Below are positions 23,421 to 36,304 of a stretch of 64,000 bases of DNA, in pieces. The number at the start of each line of letters is the position of its first letter. The first letter of the stretch is position 1. Location of the stretch: assembly GCA_036172245.1 (NCBI GenBank), contig JAYWIR010000045.1, positions 310,001 to 374,000 of the forward strand, given 5' to 3'. Both the position numbers and the translations under genes were made by a program. The stretch is from Raillietiella orientalis. Its lineage: Eukaryota. The notes beneath the pieces are model-generated. The model was not told the origin of the DNA. It saw only the letters and a list, made by a program, of their open reading frames with translations, and made no database searches.

Positions 23421-26400
23421 CTGCAGGTTCAGTCTGAAGGTGTCTGAAGGTGTCTGAAGCGGTTGGGTCGCCATTGGCGAGCAGTGAATGATCCGACTCA
23501 CGATGCTGCGTGGCGGAGGACATGCCGTTCCGGGAGCTTCTCTCAAGGACATGCCGGAGCCTTTCTTGGAACGTGCTCTGGACATGAATTTTCTCCCCGT
23601 GTGCGGATCAAACCTCAACTTTTCGATTGTTATTTTCAAGTGTCCAGCGCTCTTGAATTCTTGCACACTCTTGACAGTCCACTGTCAGGATTCTGCATGC
23701 ATCTTTGCTTGGCTCAATCACTTTTTCGCGAGATAGCGCCAAAGACATCTACATTCTTCATCCGATGATGGTTATTAAAATCTTTCCTCAACTACTGTAC
23801 CCAGATTGACCTGGACGCCATAGTTAAAGGTTTCTTTACGGTTTGACTCTGAGGTGCAAGCAATCTGAAGCAGCTGTAAACGGAGAAGTTGTGTGTCTCG
23901 TTCGGTGGACTGACGAGACTGAGACTTCCCTTCGCGGAGTCGGTTTGGAGATATCCGTCTGACGATCAGCTTGGAAGACGGACTCATTCTTTCAGAATTT
24001 ACTGGATGTGGATGGCTACGAAAGTCCAATGCATTTTCTTAGTTGCACTTAGCCTATGAAAGGGAAAGAGACCGGAGAAGAAGTATCCTCATATGTCATC
24101 CACATTCTGGTCTGGTCAGAGTCTGCATTCCAAGGTATCTGCTTCTCGAACAGTCATCTGGTCTTCCAGACTCGAGAGTTAGCCCCAAACACACTCGTTT
24201 CTAGGTGTTTTTTCAGATACTTGTGATGCATTCTGTCCTTCCTGCTCGGTCCCAAAGATTTCCAACGAGGTGTTCGTCTTCTCAGGCTCTGTAAGGTACC
24301 CTTGACTCATCGATTGAAAACCCGCTTTTGCACCAGTAAGCTGGCTTCTTTCGATTCGCCCTTCATTTCTCTTTCAAGGAATGATTGCCTTCTCAGCCGC
24401 TGGCGTCGATGCTGCACTTCCAGAAATACGTAGGCTGTTTTCTCCAAGGCAATTTAGTCCGACTACCCAGATGTCTGTATTATTAAAGGATCGAGGATTA
24501 CCGCTCGAGAATCTGTATTATTAAAGATCCTTGAGAGGGATTTGGGTCATCTCCTGAATGGATCGTGCCAATCCTTTATGCTTGTTAGCACCTGTTGTCT
24601 ACCACTGCACCTGCAGGGAGCTTACTACTTACATCGATCCTTTCAATCAAGTGGTCTCTGAATCATGTTTGCTTGTATACTGCTGACCCATTCACCTGTG
24701 GCGCTTGACATCTTATGATAGAGTCAGTGTTCGAGTACTTACCGTGCGGCCAAATCAGACTAAATGCTTCGTGCACTCAAGTGACTCTTCTCTCGAAAAG
24801 AAGCTGAGATGAACGTCGAGGTCTTCTGCCACAAAAGGAGTTTTTTGGAGGTGGTTTCCCTCCAGAGTAAGTGACTGAATACTCCCTAGGAACTGAATAC
24901 TCTGCTTGCTAGTGTGTGTTCCATGCATTTTTGGCAAACAGAAGTCAACTCTTCCTGTGTAGGCAGTGCGCGTCTAAGAACTCTTCCTTCCCAGATGACG
25001 TAGATTTCGAGGATGAAGAATTTACTCTCAAAGAGTGTAGGTCACTCCTTTTGCATTGTGCGTTACCCGGCTCACGTATAGCTGCCCTGTCTTGTGCTGC
25101 TGCAGACCATCCCTATGGGAAAAGGCAGTGTACATGGTCGCTGGGTGTGAGCTCTTTAGAGCAGACCATCTCGTGACGCTTGAAATTTTGGGAGACTCTC
25201 TGTGGTTTGTTGGCTTCCTTCAGCCTGTTAATGCTCCAGGATCCTATCCTTAGTTTGTGTGAATCGATACAATAGAAAATGAAGTCATCTGGAAACTTAC
25301 AATAAACTCAGATTGATTTTATATGACTTCATAAGAAAGTGGACACGAAAATCCTCCCTTTCTTCGAAGAGCAGGAAGCAGCTTTCGAACACTCTGTGAT
25401 GAGAGACTGCCTGCTCTTTCTGCTCCAGTATTCTGAAGCTCCTGACGAGAGGCCATGTGATTTCGTAGTTTATCTTTTAATATTTCGCTTCGTCTTTTTC
25501 CTTTTTTTCTTTTTTTTCTAAAAAAAAGCCCTCCTTTATAAAATTCCACAGCTTGCTGTTCAATTCCGAGCTCCTTTCTACTCTTTGAAAAGTGTAAACT
25601 GGAATCGGTTCGCTTCAGTCGCTTACTATGCCAACCTCCTCTGTTTTATTCGAGCCATATGTAGCTGCTGGATCCTATGATATCTACATGACTTCCTCTC
25701 TACTCAATCTTTCTCCTTTTTCATCAAATTCTACTCTGTTCATATAATGGATATGGATCTGCACCCTCTACAGATGGTGTACCATTTCTTTGTTGGAATC
25801 TGCTCCAGTCTCATTGCTTTCCGGAAGATGTGTGGAAGATCGACACTTTTTCAGATGATAAATGAAGTCGCACACGAGTCCTTTCGCGTTCTGTCTTAGC
25901 TGAGGATCTTTCCTGGAATAGTCTGATTCCTTATTCCATTCATTCGTTGCTGCAAAGCCCCAAAGTAGGACCCGGACGTTGGTTCGCCTTCTTCCTACGA
26001 AGCTGCGTGGTAAGAACGACACGTTTTTATCCAGCCGCATCATGGAAGAAAACACGCCAATGAAAAGTACGTCTCCGATGATCAGGAGATCGCTGGAGAG
26101 ATTTTGAGACCGTTGATGGTGTGTGTAACGGATAGGTGCTTGATCATCTCTTCCTTTGTACTTCGCCACCAGAGTTACATATGGATGCATATCTTGCTGC
26201 TCAAGTCGTGATGAAACGAGCACGTCCCATCTTGTCCCTTCGATAGAAATGCTTCCGATTTTCTTGGATTTGTTGTTTGAGCTTGGAGAGATTGTGAGTA
26301 TCCGGTCTGCATCCGAAATTCTTCTACGGGGGGAAAATCAAAAGAAGGAAATTACGAAGGATTTCCTATCCTTTCCTTCTAGAAATCAGGAGCTCTGCGG

Positions 26401-28279
26401 GGACCTCCCAAAAGCAACAGAAGTGGAATGAGCGGAAAAGTCTTTGTGTATGCGAGTCACTGCGAATTACTTTCATCAACCCATCGTCTAATGAAATCTC
26501 TGCTGGGTGTCAGCCAACAAGCACAATACACAAGAATTAGGATACTAATGAGGTCACATTAAGGACTAGGAGCGTGGTGTCGGATGTACGCTGTTCTGAA
26601 TAATAATGTGGGTGCATAAGAAGGAAAGAATTCTCATAATTTTTCCCCTGCTACTCTGGCTTCACTTGGCTTATAAAGTGGGCCAGACTTCCTGACTGGA
26701 GAACGGATGATACTTCAACCAAGTGGATATTTCTCCTTTCTTTTTTCATTCAGCTTATCAATGGAATGTTTTTTTTTTTGGAAAATTTTGTATTGCCAGC
26801 GTCTAAACACACATGCGTCTTTCCTCCTATGTGTCAAAACGCAATCCGGAAATGCAAGCTAACACGAGCAGAGCACCACGACGTTGATCCTTGCGACACC
26901 GATGCTGCAGGTTTGAGATTCACTGAGAGAAAATCAAGAGCAAAGATAAACCGCTCACCTGAGGTTCCTCATTGCGCTGCAACTCGCTGCCTGCAGCGCA
27001 AGCAAGGCAGCGCGAGGAGCCGCGATTTTCCGTCCCAGATCAATGCTACGAGAGCCTGCGGTCGTCTGACCGTCCATCGACGGCGCACTCAATCACTCCT
27101 CCGCTCCTGGCGGAGCGGCTCTCGGAACGGCACTGAAGATTCCGGAGATCCCGTGCCATCGAGCCAAAGCCGTCCGGATCCCGGAGATCAGCAGCCCCGA
27201 ATCGAAACCCCAGCGGTATTCTCCAGAGAAACGGGCTGAAGATGTGGAATTGGTAATGATCCCCGAACGGACTTCGCCCATCTCGTTTCTCGGAAGCAGC
27301 AAGCTGACTTCTCCAAGACGAAAGAGGGTGGATGAACGCCACGAGATGGGTGTTCCAGCGAATATTCGGGAACAGAAAAAGTCCCTGTTTCTCCAAGGAG
27401 ACAACAGCGGGATGCATTTCCATGCATCTCTTCCTTCAGTCTGATGCCTATGATGTGCTTCTGCCTCCTCGAGCGCCCTTAAGAAATTTCACATTGATCT
27501 AGACTGCCATTTCTCCTTCCCCATCTTCCAAAATCTGTAAGTTGAGTTTAAGACATGGCAGCTTTTACATGGAATGCTACTCATTGGAAGGACCGATATA
27601 CTCCTGATTCAGTGCTCGTTTCATCAAACGGAGAACATAAACCTCCCACTCTCCTTCTCTTGCGCCTTCTTTTTCCACATGGTGACCATCTTCAGCGTTT
27701 CGACCCAGTTTTCTTCCTTCACAGAGACCACGGTGCAATTCGACGCTCTTCCTAGCGGTAACTTCAGAGGGAAGCGCGCAGAGCTCTCAAGCTTTCCCAT
27801 GGAACTGTCGACCCGTCCTCAGCCCAATCAGCCTTCCAGCTACGAGGACAGCTCCAGAGGGGCAGGGAATCCTCATTCTTATGGACCAACATTCTGTCCT
27901 TACGAGTCTCCCACTTGGCTCTCGTAAACCGAGGATCGCCACGGCAAACCCAGAAACGGCATCAGGAATGCTGAGTCAAATGGGAGCCTTTTCGGGCATT
28001 CTGATTCACCTTCCGGTTCACAAACCTTTAACAACATCAACCTCATGGACTGTGCACAATAAAGCAATGCTTTCTTACGGCTCCAAGAAGTCGAATGTAT
28101 CGAAGGAAACAGCACAAACTCATGATGGAACTGATCTTCTGAATGTAAACTCCATTACTGCGTTTGTGCTATCCGAAACTTTACTGATTCGATTCATGAA
28201 GAAAAAAAGAGTGTGTAGGCAAAGGAAGATCGGAGTTTTCACCATCTTCGCCATCTTTTTTCACTTTAAATCGTGACGA

Positions 28280-29196
28280 AGCTGCGATCTAGAGTACTTT
28301 CATCACGGGCCATCCGATGTTTCCAATGTACATCCTGTGAATGCGGTATGCTCGAGCACATCATTTCCCCACCTCTTTTCTCAGGAAGTTCCCCCCCACT
28401 AATTAGCCATCTACAGCATCCGAGAGATCCTACCACGATCTCTCTTGGTGGACAGCTGACCACACTCCTTTGCAGAAGTGAACAACTGATCCTCGGTAAC
28501 TGCTCCCCACTTCTGCATTGCGTCTCTAGCGCCCATGATGAACAGGGGAGAGAAATGCCCACGCTGGCTTCTCTCTGGAGCACCAGATGCGGCTTCTGCT
28601 TCACGCTGATTCCCGGAATGAGTAGACTGGCAGCCATCGGCCTCCAATCCTTCCTGCTCTTGATCTGAGTGTTGCCCTCCAACCCCTTTGGGAACGCTTT
28701 TTGCAGCCCTTGGAATCCTCGGAGGCAACGCCAGAGGCGTGATGCGGCTCCTCTTTTTGCGGGATTCCCTGCAGTCAGCCGCAGCCCTTGCAGCACTTTA
28801 CTGCCTACGTGGAATCGTGGCAGCGAGGAACCAACGACAGGGACGCCATCCACGTCTCTCTTCGCTTTTTCTGGACAGCGACCAGGTGGCCCCACCTGCA
28901 CATCTCCATTTCCATCTCCTTGTCAGCATCTTCCAAAGGATGCAGAAGCCTGCCCCCAGCAGACTATGATCCCTTCCCGTAGCCCCCCAATTTGTTTCAT
29001 CTTTATTTTGTTTATTTTTCTTTTTGTTTGGCCCCTCGTCTCTGCTGCTGTGGTGGACTTCACCGGTCTGCGAACCGGTAATACGGCATGGTATCTACAG
29101 AAAGGACCAGGTTTCTGAGGTTGGACCACAGGTCCAACCACAGACATTGTGAATGCTTATTTTATTTTAAATAAACACTTTTGCGAACCCAAGTCA
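28280..29196 (+). mobile_element. 5'-truncated L1/Tx1-clade LINE C-terminus and 3' UTR
   Basis: AALAALYCLRGIVAAR is shared with other copies; 3' UTR closely resembles 8680-8820, including the ggttggacc-aca-ggtccaacc hairpin and aataaac. Confidence 0.75.
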
Positions 29197-32100
29197 AAGC
29201 TCTCGATTTGGGTGAGCGGCATATAAGTTGCTTTCCGTGACCACGGTTCGGCTGTTGGCGCATTTGCTGAGGATGCGATGTGTCCATCCTCCCCATATTC
29301 CGCACCTTCTGCTCAGGCGATCAACGTCGCCTCTGGCGTGCTCACTGGCAGAAGCTTGAATCGTTCAGAATGGTTAGTCAAACAGTTTTGATAAGCTCCA
29401 AATCGTTATCATTCTTCTTGTCTCTACTGCTGAAAGACAGTACTTGGAACTAATGAGTTGTTAACAAAGCGAGCGTACTGTATCGCAGTCCTCAGGGTTT
29501 TCCTAAAATCAAGGTCTCCACTCATAAATCAGGGAATGGAAGGATGGATGCTGCAACGCTGCACACAGAAGGGAGCCATCAACACAAATGCTCATGGACC
29601 ATCTATTCGCCTTAGATCGAAGGCATCGCAAGCTGTTTTAAAAAGACAACAAAAGAATTCCTATCGACTCAGCTCTCCAGCTGCCCTCAGTACATGGCAA
29701 AATGTCTCTCCATAGCATGGAGGTCTCGTTCCACGACCATTTGGAACTTGGAATCCACCACTGCTCATGTCGCATGGTGTAGCGCTACTCCGCATCATGG
29801 AATCAAAGAGAACTTCAGGACACCTGTGGACACCGACTGCGTGATAACAAGAGATGGTTACCTTGATCCCGACCTACGCAGGTTCCGGGAATCATCATCA
29901 TGCTCACCAACCGTGAGACACAGTGAATGAATGGAAGGTCTCCAAGGTTTGACCACTTCAAAATGAGAGTGGAATTTTAGTTTTGAAGTTTAAAGCCATT
30001 TCGAGAAGACGAAACGCAAACCTCCTCCAGTGGCTGGGACAACCGATTTACTTGAATGGGATCACTGGAATGGCGCTTCAGTAAAAGAGTGGGAAACCTC
30101 CAAGTTCTGACCTATTCGGACTTTAAAACGCTAGAGGAATTTTTGTTTTGAAATTTAAAGAGTGCCTGCCATTTCGGGAAGACCAGTCCATCCCACTTCC
30201 AGGTATTCCCCTTCCACTATCTCCCTAGTCGCGTCCCCTGAGAGGTTCGAGCCCTCGCCTTTCGGCAGATGTCCGGCCCTTCCTTCTTGCGCGTCTCCGT
30301 CGATTTTCGCGCCACTTTCCATTGAAAACCAATGGGCGTCGTAATTCCGCTCTGCAGATGCTCTTCGAAGAGATCACAACGTCGCGTGGCGGTGAGCGTG
30401 ATCCTCTCAGCATCACTAGGATCGCGCAGAGATGACGCGCCCCGACGTCCGGAAGTTCCTTGGTTCTCCTGCCAACCGCACGAGGGAATTAGTCAAACTT
30501 GGTAGGATGGCGGTTTCTGGAAGCAGCTACTGATAGAAACTCTATTGAACAGTGGTAGGTTAATGAAGGGAGGAATGAACCCCATTTGGAATCGCAATTC
30601 GTTGTTTTGATCGGATTCGCCCTCTTCCGGAAGCTGCGCTTTTTGCATATGCGAACAAGAAGGAAAACGTCCTAGGTCTCTTGCTCCGGAATTCCCACCG
30701 AAAGCTTCAAACTGAAGGATTTGCGTTTTAGTATAGAGGATAGATCGAAGGCTAAATCTCGAGCGAAACCAGTTCCCCATCATCAGTTACGTCTCGTCTC
30801 CGGTCGAGGTGAATCCTAGACGTCATGAACGACATCAGAGGAAGCATCCGAAAGACGGTGTTTCCCCAACATGCAGGTTGTCGCGGCTGTAGAGGCGGAC
30901 CTCAGCTCAAGCAGCTCATTCATCTGAATCCAAGCATTCTTGTGACAGCATCGGAGTCCAAAAGAGTCGGAAGGAAATCCTGACTTGGTTTTTTCGAAAA
31001 TCATTCTTGTGTCCCGCTCGAAAGGAACTCTGTGGAGTGGACTGGTGAAAAATGTTCACAGCAAAGAAGCCATCCCACGGAAGAGTGTGAGTACAAGAAT
31101 TGAAGCCATCGGACAAGACTGCAGAAAAAATAGAGGGTCCAGAAGATAAAAAGGTCTGATCTGAAATGCGGAAGTGACCGTGACTGGCGCTCGTGATCCT
31201 GAAAGTCTTGCTCAAAAGCTGCAAGGAGATGACTGCCAGCAACTTCGAAATCTCATATTTTGAAAGCTCAGGAGTAACGGGAAGGAAAGGATACTCCTGT
31301 AAGAGAAGAGGGAAGAAAAACGAACAAAAGGGAAGTAAAAAGAAAAGCGGATAATAAAATGCTAACCGATGGGACAAAAGCTGGCCACAGCGAAGACTAG
31401 ATGGAAGATTCTAGAAGTACTAAGATCTTAGAATGCAAGAGTACTTTCTGAAAGAACAGATATTAATTATTCCTCAATCAAAATCTCTAAAACAACAACA
31501 AGAGCATCAGGAGATTGCTGAAGCAGTAAGCTGGAGTAAGAAAACCTAGGTCTCCTAGTACTGAAGGTGATCCATAAACCTTGAGCTGGGCCGGAGATGC
31601 TGACTCTTGGGAACTCTGTCCCGGAGAAATCGTGGATTTCAAGTCTCCCGCATATCGTCTAATCTGGTAACCCTGCTATTCTTAAATGACTCCACAATGC
31701 TTGGAATTTCCCTCCCGAAATGGTGTCAATTATTAGGTTGCATCGATAGATACCACCTAAGAATTGACACTTCTAGGACTCAGAAGATAAATAACCGGCA
31801 TCACCATCAAAATCGACTGCTTTCCGGTCGAAGGCCGATTTCAAGCCGAAAGACACTCCACGATTGATCCCAAGGAGGAACAGAGGCACATTTGCCTTCT
31901 CCCTTGACTGCAGGCTGAGGAATTCTTTTCGTTGCCGTAGATACTAAAGAAACCAGTCCACGAAGGAGTGGAAGATACTTGTAGGCTGATTGATGCGCAG
32001 CGTCCTAGAAAAAGGTGCATGAGCTGGATCTTCCGGAACTGCACAATTCTCAGGTTTTAATCATTGCCTCGTCGCTCTATTTACATTATTTCTGGATTTT

Positions 32101-32914
32101 TCTAATCCTCAGGTCTTTATCCATTTCCAGAATTTCCAAAATCCCTTTTTTTTTGTTTGCTCACTCATTTACGTAGTGGAAGATTTTTTACGTGAAAATG
32201 CTGCCTTCATGAATCCACTGATTCAGCACAATGTGACCTAATTGATTCTTCAGTTCCGTTACTAGATCCCTGTGCAGATGGATTAGTACCTCCCTAGGTG
32301 AACGTCTTTAATACATTTTCCATAAACTTCATATAATGCACCATCAATCAGCTTCATTTTTTATGAGCCAGTAAACATTTCATCTCCTGTAAAAGTATCA
32401 TCATAAATCTCATTTTCCCACTGTACCATCATCCAAATTGGGATTTATCCACCATGAACTATAATCTCAGATAGATCATAATGTTTCGCAGGCCTGTGAA
32501 TGAAATGAAGGCGCACTCTTGTTTTTCAATTCCTGCTGCCAGTGTTTTTATCTTAAGGTTTCGTGAGCAGTTTGGCTTTCCCAGAAGTCGCAGCTGCAGT
32601 TACTGCCACATTCATGGGATGCTGCAATGCCCGAATGAAAGTCCAAGAACATTTCAGTGCATATGGAAAAACCCAGAAAGTTCTCCTGAATCGCAGTTTC
32701 CCGAAAAACAAGGATAAGGATCCGATGTGCGCTCGTTGCGTGCATAAGAACACCGGTCAACACGTATGAGAACACGCCAGTTTCAAATAAGTATCGTTTC
32801 TGTTATCCAGAATGAATGCCAAGCTCGCGCTGCATCTCTAAAACACCATCACACCAACGTGAGATCTCATTTCGGCACACAGCGTCGAGTGTTGGAACAC
32901 TGGGTAGGCTTTTC

Positions 32915-34000
32915 TCACCTGGTTGAGTTGGGGCGTTTATTCATAAAATATAAACCTTCAAGGGACGGTGGGGCGTTACGTCCCACCGTATCACACGATG
33001 CCTAGAGGGCACCGACTACGGTCCATGACGAGCACGGAGGAAAATAAGAAAGAAAAAATAAATAAACAAAAAGGATTGTTTCCATTTTGAAAAAAGGGGG
33101 AGAAGAGAAGAGATCGCCACCAGTGACGTTGCTTCACCTAAATCCTTCGCATGATGCCGGTGGGCTCTTTCATGTGGTGGAACCAGGCGGGATCATCTCG
33201 AAGCACTCCTGAGTAACCGGATGGCTCAGAGGACGGCTCCCGAGTGATTGAGGCCGCCGCCGGTCTCGCGACGGCACCGCGCATGCAGCAAATCAAAGCA
33301 ACTGCTGCTGTAGGTGGCATGGCGTCCTGCACAAAGAGGGATTGCTGGTCCCATGGGAGGCGGTGGGTCGAGACATGTGCCTGTCGCAAATGGAATCTAA
33401 ACAGGGAGTCTCGGCTGCTGTTCATCTATAGCAAATGCACTTGCCTAGGCACTCCAGCAAAGCAAAAACGGTCCAGCTTTCTCAGTAAGGTGCAGACAAC
33501 GAAGGTGGTTTCCCGTTCTTCGTGCTGCAGTGTTTTCAAAGGACAAAAAGGTGCTGAAAAGTCTGGGACTCTAGAGATTCCAATTGGAGACAGAGCCGGA
33601 ACTGCCGCAGGGCGCTGATCGGCTGTCAGCACGGGCGAGGAAGGGTGGGGGAGCATGAGGAAGACCGCAGGATGTCTCGAGGCTGAGAGAGGTCGCAAAT
33701 GCTGGCTGGACCTTCTAGAAAGCGGCAGGGAGAGAAGGAACCTCGCAGGTCCGTTACTACCTCGTCCCTTGCCCAGCAAAGCTTTGCTCCTTCCCCCGGC
33801 TATGTTTCCCAAAGCGCGCTCTTTTACAGAAGGCACCTCAAAACTGCGGTCCAGATAAGGAAGCAGTGACGCAGCTTCTGGAAGCTGTCAAAACGAGAAA
33901 AGGCAAGAGTCAATCGAGCTACATAGTGCGTGGAAAGAAGAAACGAAAAATCGCTGCGGTTGAAACTGCCTTTTGGTTCATAGCTGTCCGATTTCCCTAG
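32915..34000 (-). mobile_element. L1/Tx1-clade C-terminus and 3' UTR
   Basis: AVALICCMRGAVAR motif; UTR hairpin acggtggg..cccaccgt; aataaac-gccccaactcaaccaggtga terminus. Confidence 0.7.
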
Positions 34001-34179
34001 TTCGAGATCCGATCTGGATAATTCCTGGACTTCCGGAAAGAGAAGAACATTGGTCGCATATTCTTCAGCGCTTTGCTTTGCTTGCACTCCTTTTAAAGGG
34101 ATTTGTTTTGAATTTTAAACTTCTCAGGGTCGCTTGCAACGCCTCGGTTTCCCTCCGTCCGAGAGATTGCGTAGTTTCT

Positions 34180-34460
34180 TGGATCCGGATGCCAGAAACA
34201 CCATATATGATTTTTCGCATTCTTCTTGCACTATGACCACTCTCCTTATACACAAACTCCCTGTTGATGACTATTGTGATAAGGGTGCCGAATACGAAAT
34301 TGGAAGGGAATCGAAATCGGTAAGCACGCAGTCACTTGAATTTGCGAGGTCATGAGATTGAACCAGCGTATTATCAGCGTGTTCACTCCACAGGAATCAG
34401 AAGATTGGGCAGTCCAGAAAATGCTTGCCTTCAATAGAAATCTGAAAATAATCAAGCGAA
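34180..34460 (-). mobile_element. L1/Tx1 ORF1 remnant (Zn-knuckle region)
   Basis: GVNTLIIR..M..ISIPFQFRI..Y..QQGVC then KESGHSAR across a frameshift; resembles ORF1 IP..Y.GQ..C..C...GH. Confidence 0.4.
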
Positions 34461-35921
34461 CACACCTAATTAAATTTAGAACTTCGCAGCATCCATTTCA
34501 GAAAAAAGATCCTGGGTTCCATTGGCTAAGAAAGAAGATCAGGATGAATTCTCAGAATACGATTCTGTTGTCCGTTACTCAGGGTTCCAGAGATTCTCTA
34601 AAAAATGGAGCACTACCAAGGGACTTCTGCTGCTGTAATTACTCATAAAAAGACAAGGATAAAGTGAGAGTGTTGGAGAGCCTAAATTAAGATGTGGATG
34701 TGGATAAGGGGAAGGAAAACTGACATTCTAAGCATCTTAGTTTCCACATCTTAAGAAAATGATAGGATAAGATAAACAGCACACATTCCGAAAGGGAAGA
34801 ACCTACCGATTTCCTTTTCTTTCTTATTTGCTGCAGTTTCTGTTCTGCTTCTTCTCAGTACGAGAAACTTACAGAATAGGAAGACAAACATCATCGGAGC
34901 AAATCAGGTAGGTGTGCAAAGTGCACGAACAAGTTCACAGAAGGAAACATTCACAAAAGATCTTGAGCAGGGAAATTCCAATTCCCAGGGGGTCTCTGGG
35001 GAGTGCTGTTGAGCTCCTGAACAGAAAAAGAAATGCCTCTCCAGTCCCGTGAATTCCCAAGCAGACGGATCTCCTCCCAGTGCAAAAATTAAGAAAGATG
35101 AGCAGGTTGTTGAAGCTGACTTGTTCGCAAACGGATAGTCCGAACACCTCCAACTACAACCCGTGCTTTCATTATGAAGACTTCGGCTCCAGTGAACCAG
35201 TGGGAAGCGAAGCAAACGCTGCAGTCGATCTTAATCTCCACTCGGTGACGCGTTCGCGAACACAGAAAGCCAAATCAACCTCGTGACCCATTGGGACTTC
35301 CAACAAAAGTTTGTTCACGACTTTGACAAAACCTTTCTGGGCAATGATACAGAAACGATGGAGCTCTCACAAGAATCACAGATGAGATTTTCACGTAGGC
35401 CAAAATGGATCACTGCAGAAAAAAAACAAAAACGAAGTAGATGTCCGTGACACTCAAATTACGTGCATTTTTCGTGATGGTCTTGCATGAGACTGAGATA
35501 AACTGCTCATAAAATCCTCTCGAGTGAAGGATTAAATTGGCATCCACACTGTGATTTAACGACTAGCAACATTATGGGTGCATAAAAGAGACTCAAGGGC
35601 CATAGAGGGAGGCGAATGGTATGACGAAGTAAGCCGTGCATCTTGAAAAGTAATAAAGAGGAGGGCATTTATATTGCTTCTTTGCTAAGAAATAATAGCT
35701 GATGCCCTATTCGTGAGGAGAGTATTTCCTTGCCAAGCATGCCGGAAGACGGCTTACAGAATGTACCAGCACGATTGCCGACACTCTTAGCGAAGGATCC
35801 GCGGCCTTGCTCGAAGGGAGAGGAAAAGAAACCACTTGGTTCGGTTTCGTTCCTTTTGGGATTTTGCCTTTTCAGATTGCTGCGTCACCCGGAAAGAGAA
35901 GCCGAGGACGACGCGAGAGCG

Positions 35922-36304
35922 GTGCTCCCAAAGAGCGGCAGCGGGGGGGCTTCCAATGAGGCCAGCAAAGCGCAGAAGAACGTCGCCAAGGGAGACGAGA
36001 AGGAGCGAAAGGGGGAGGAGAGCTACGCGATCTTACACCTAGAAATTGCTGAAGCAGGTGCACCCGGACACGGGCATCTCCATCTATCTCCATCAGGAGG
36101 CGATGTCGATCATTGAACAGCTTCGTGAGCGATATCTACGAGAGCACCGTCTCCGAAGCGTCGCACCTGTCGCCCCACAACAAGAGCACCACCATCATCA
36201 GCCGGGTGGTACAGAAGGAGATGCGCCTGCTGCTTACCGGGTAGCTGACCAAGCATGCCGTTTCCGAAGGCACGAAGACAGTGACCAAGTACTTGACCTC
36301 CAAG
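35922..36304 (+). pseudogene. H2B: Histone H2B pseudogene
   Basis: PKSG..KAQKNVAKGD..ESYAI..LLKQVHPDTGIS..AMSI.NSFVSDIYE..EASHL..NK..RLLL.G*LTKHAVSEGTKTVTKYLTSK; start is GTG, several frameshifts, TAG at 36242, short internal duplication at ~36075-36094. Confidence 0.95.

Noticed and set aside
23433..23459. Short tandem duplications (tctgaaggtg x2.7; also ~24473-24530 and 37797-37843)
   Set aside because: Ordinary slippage duplications with no spacer-repeat architecture; not CRISPR-like
27093..27404. AGTPISWRS, like Ty1/copia RNase H
   Set aside because: The expected downstream KKQ..VA.S..EAEY is absent, and I saw no LTRs or other copia domains
30228..30268. B-box-like ggttcgagccc, possible tRNA
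   Set aside because: No cloverleaf or A box can be built
35570..35586. Motif (c/t)a(t/a)t(a/g)tgggtgca recurring at ~9222, ~26603 and 35570
   Set aside because: Too short and without shared context to separate from chance
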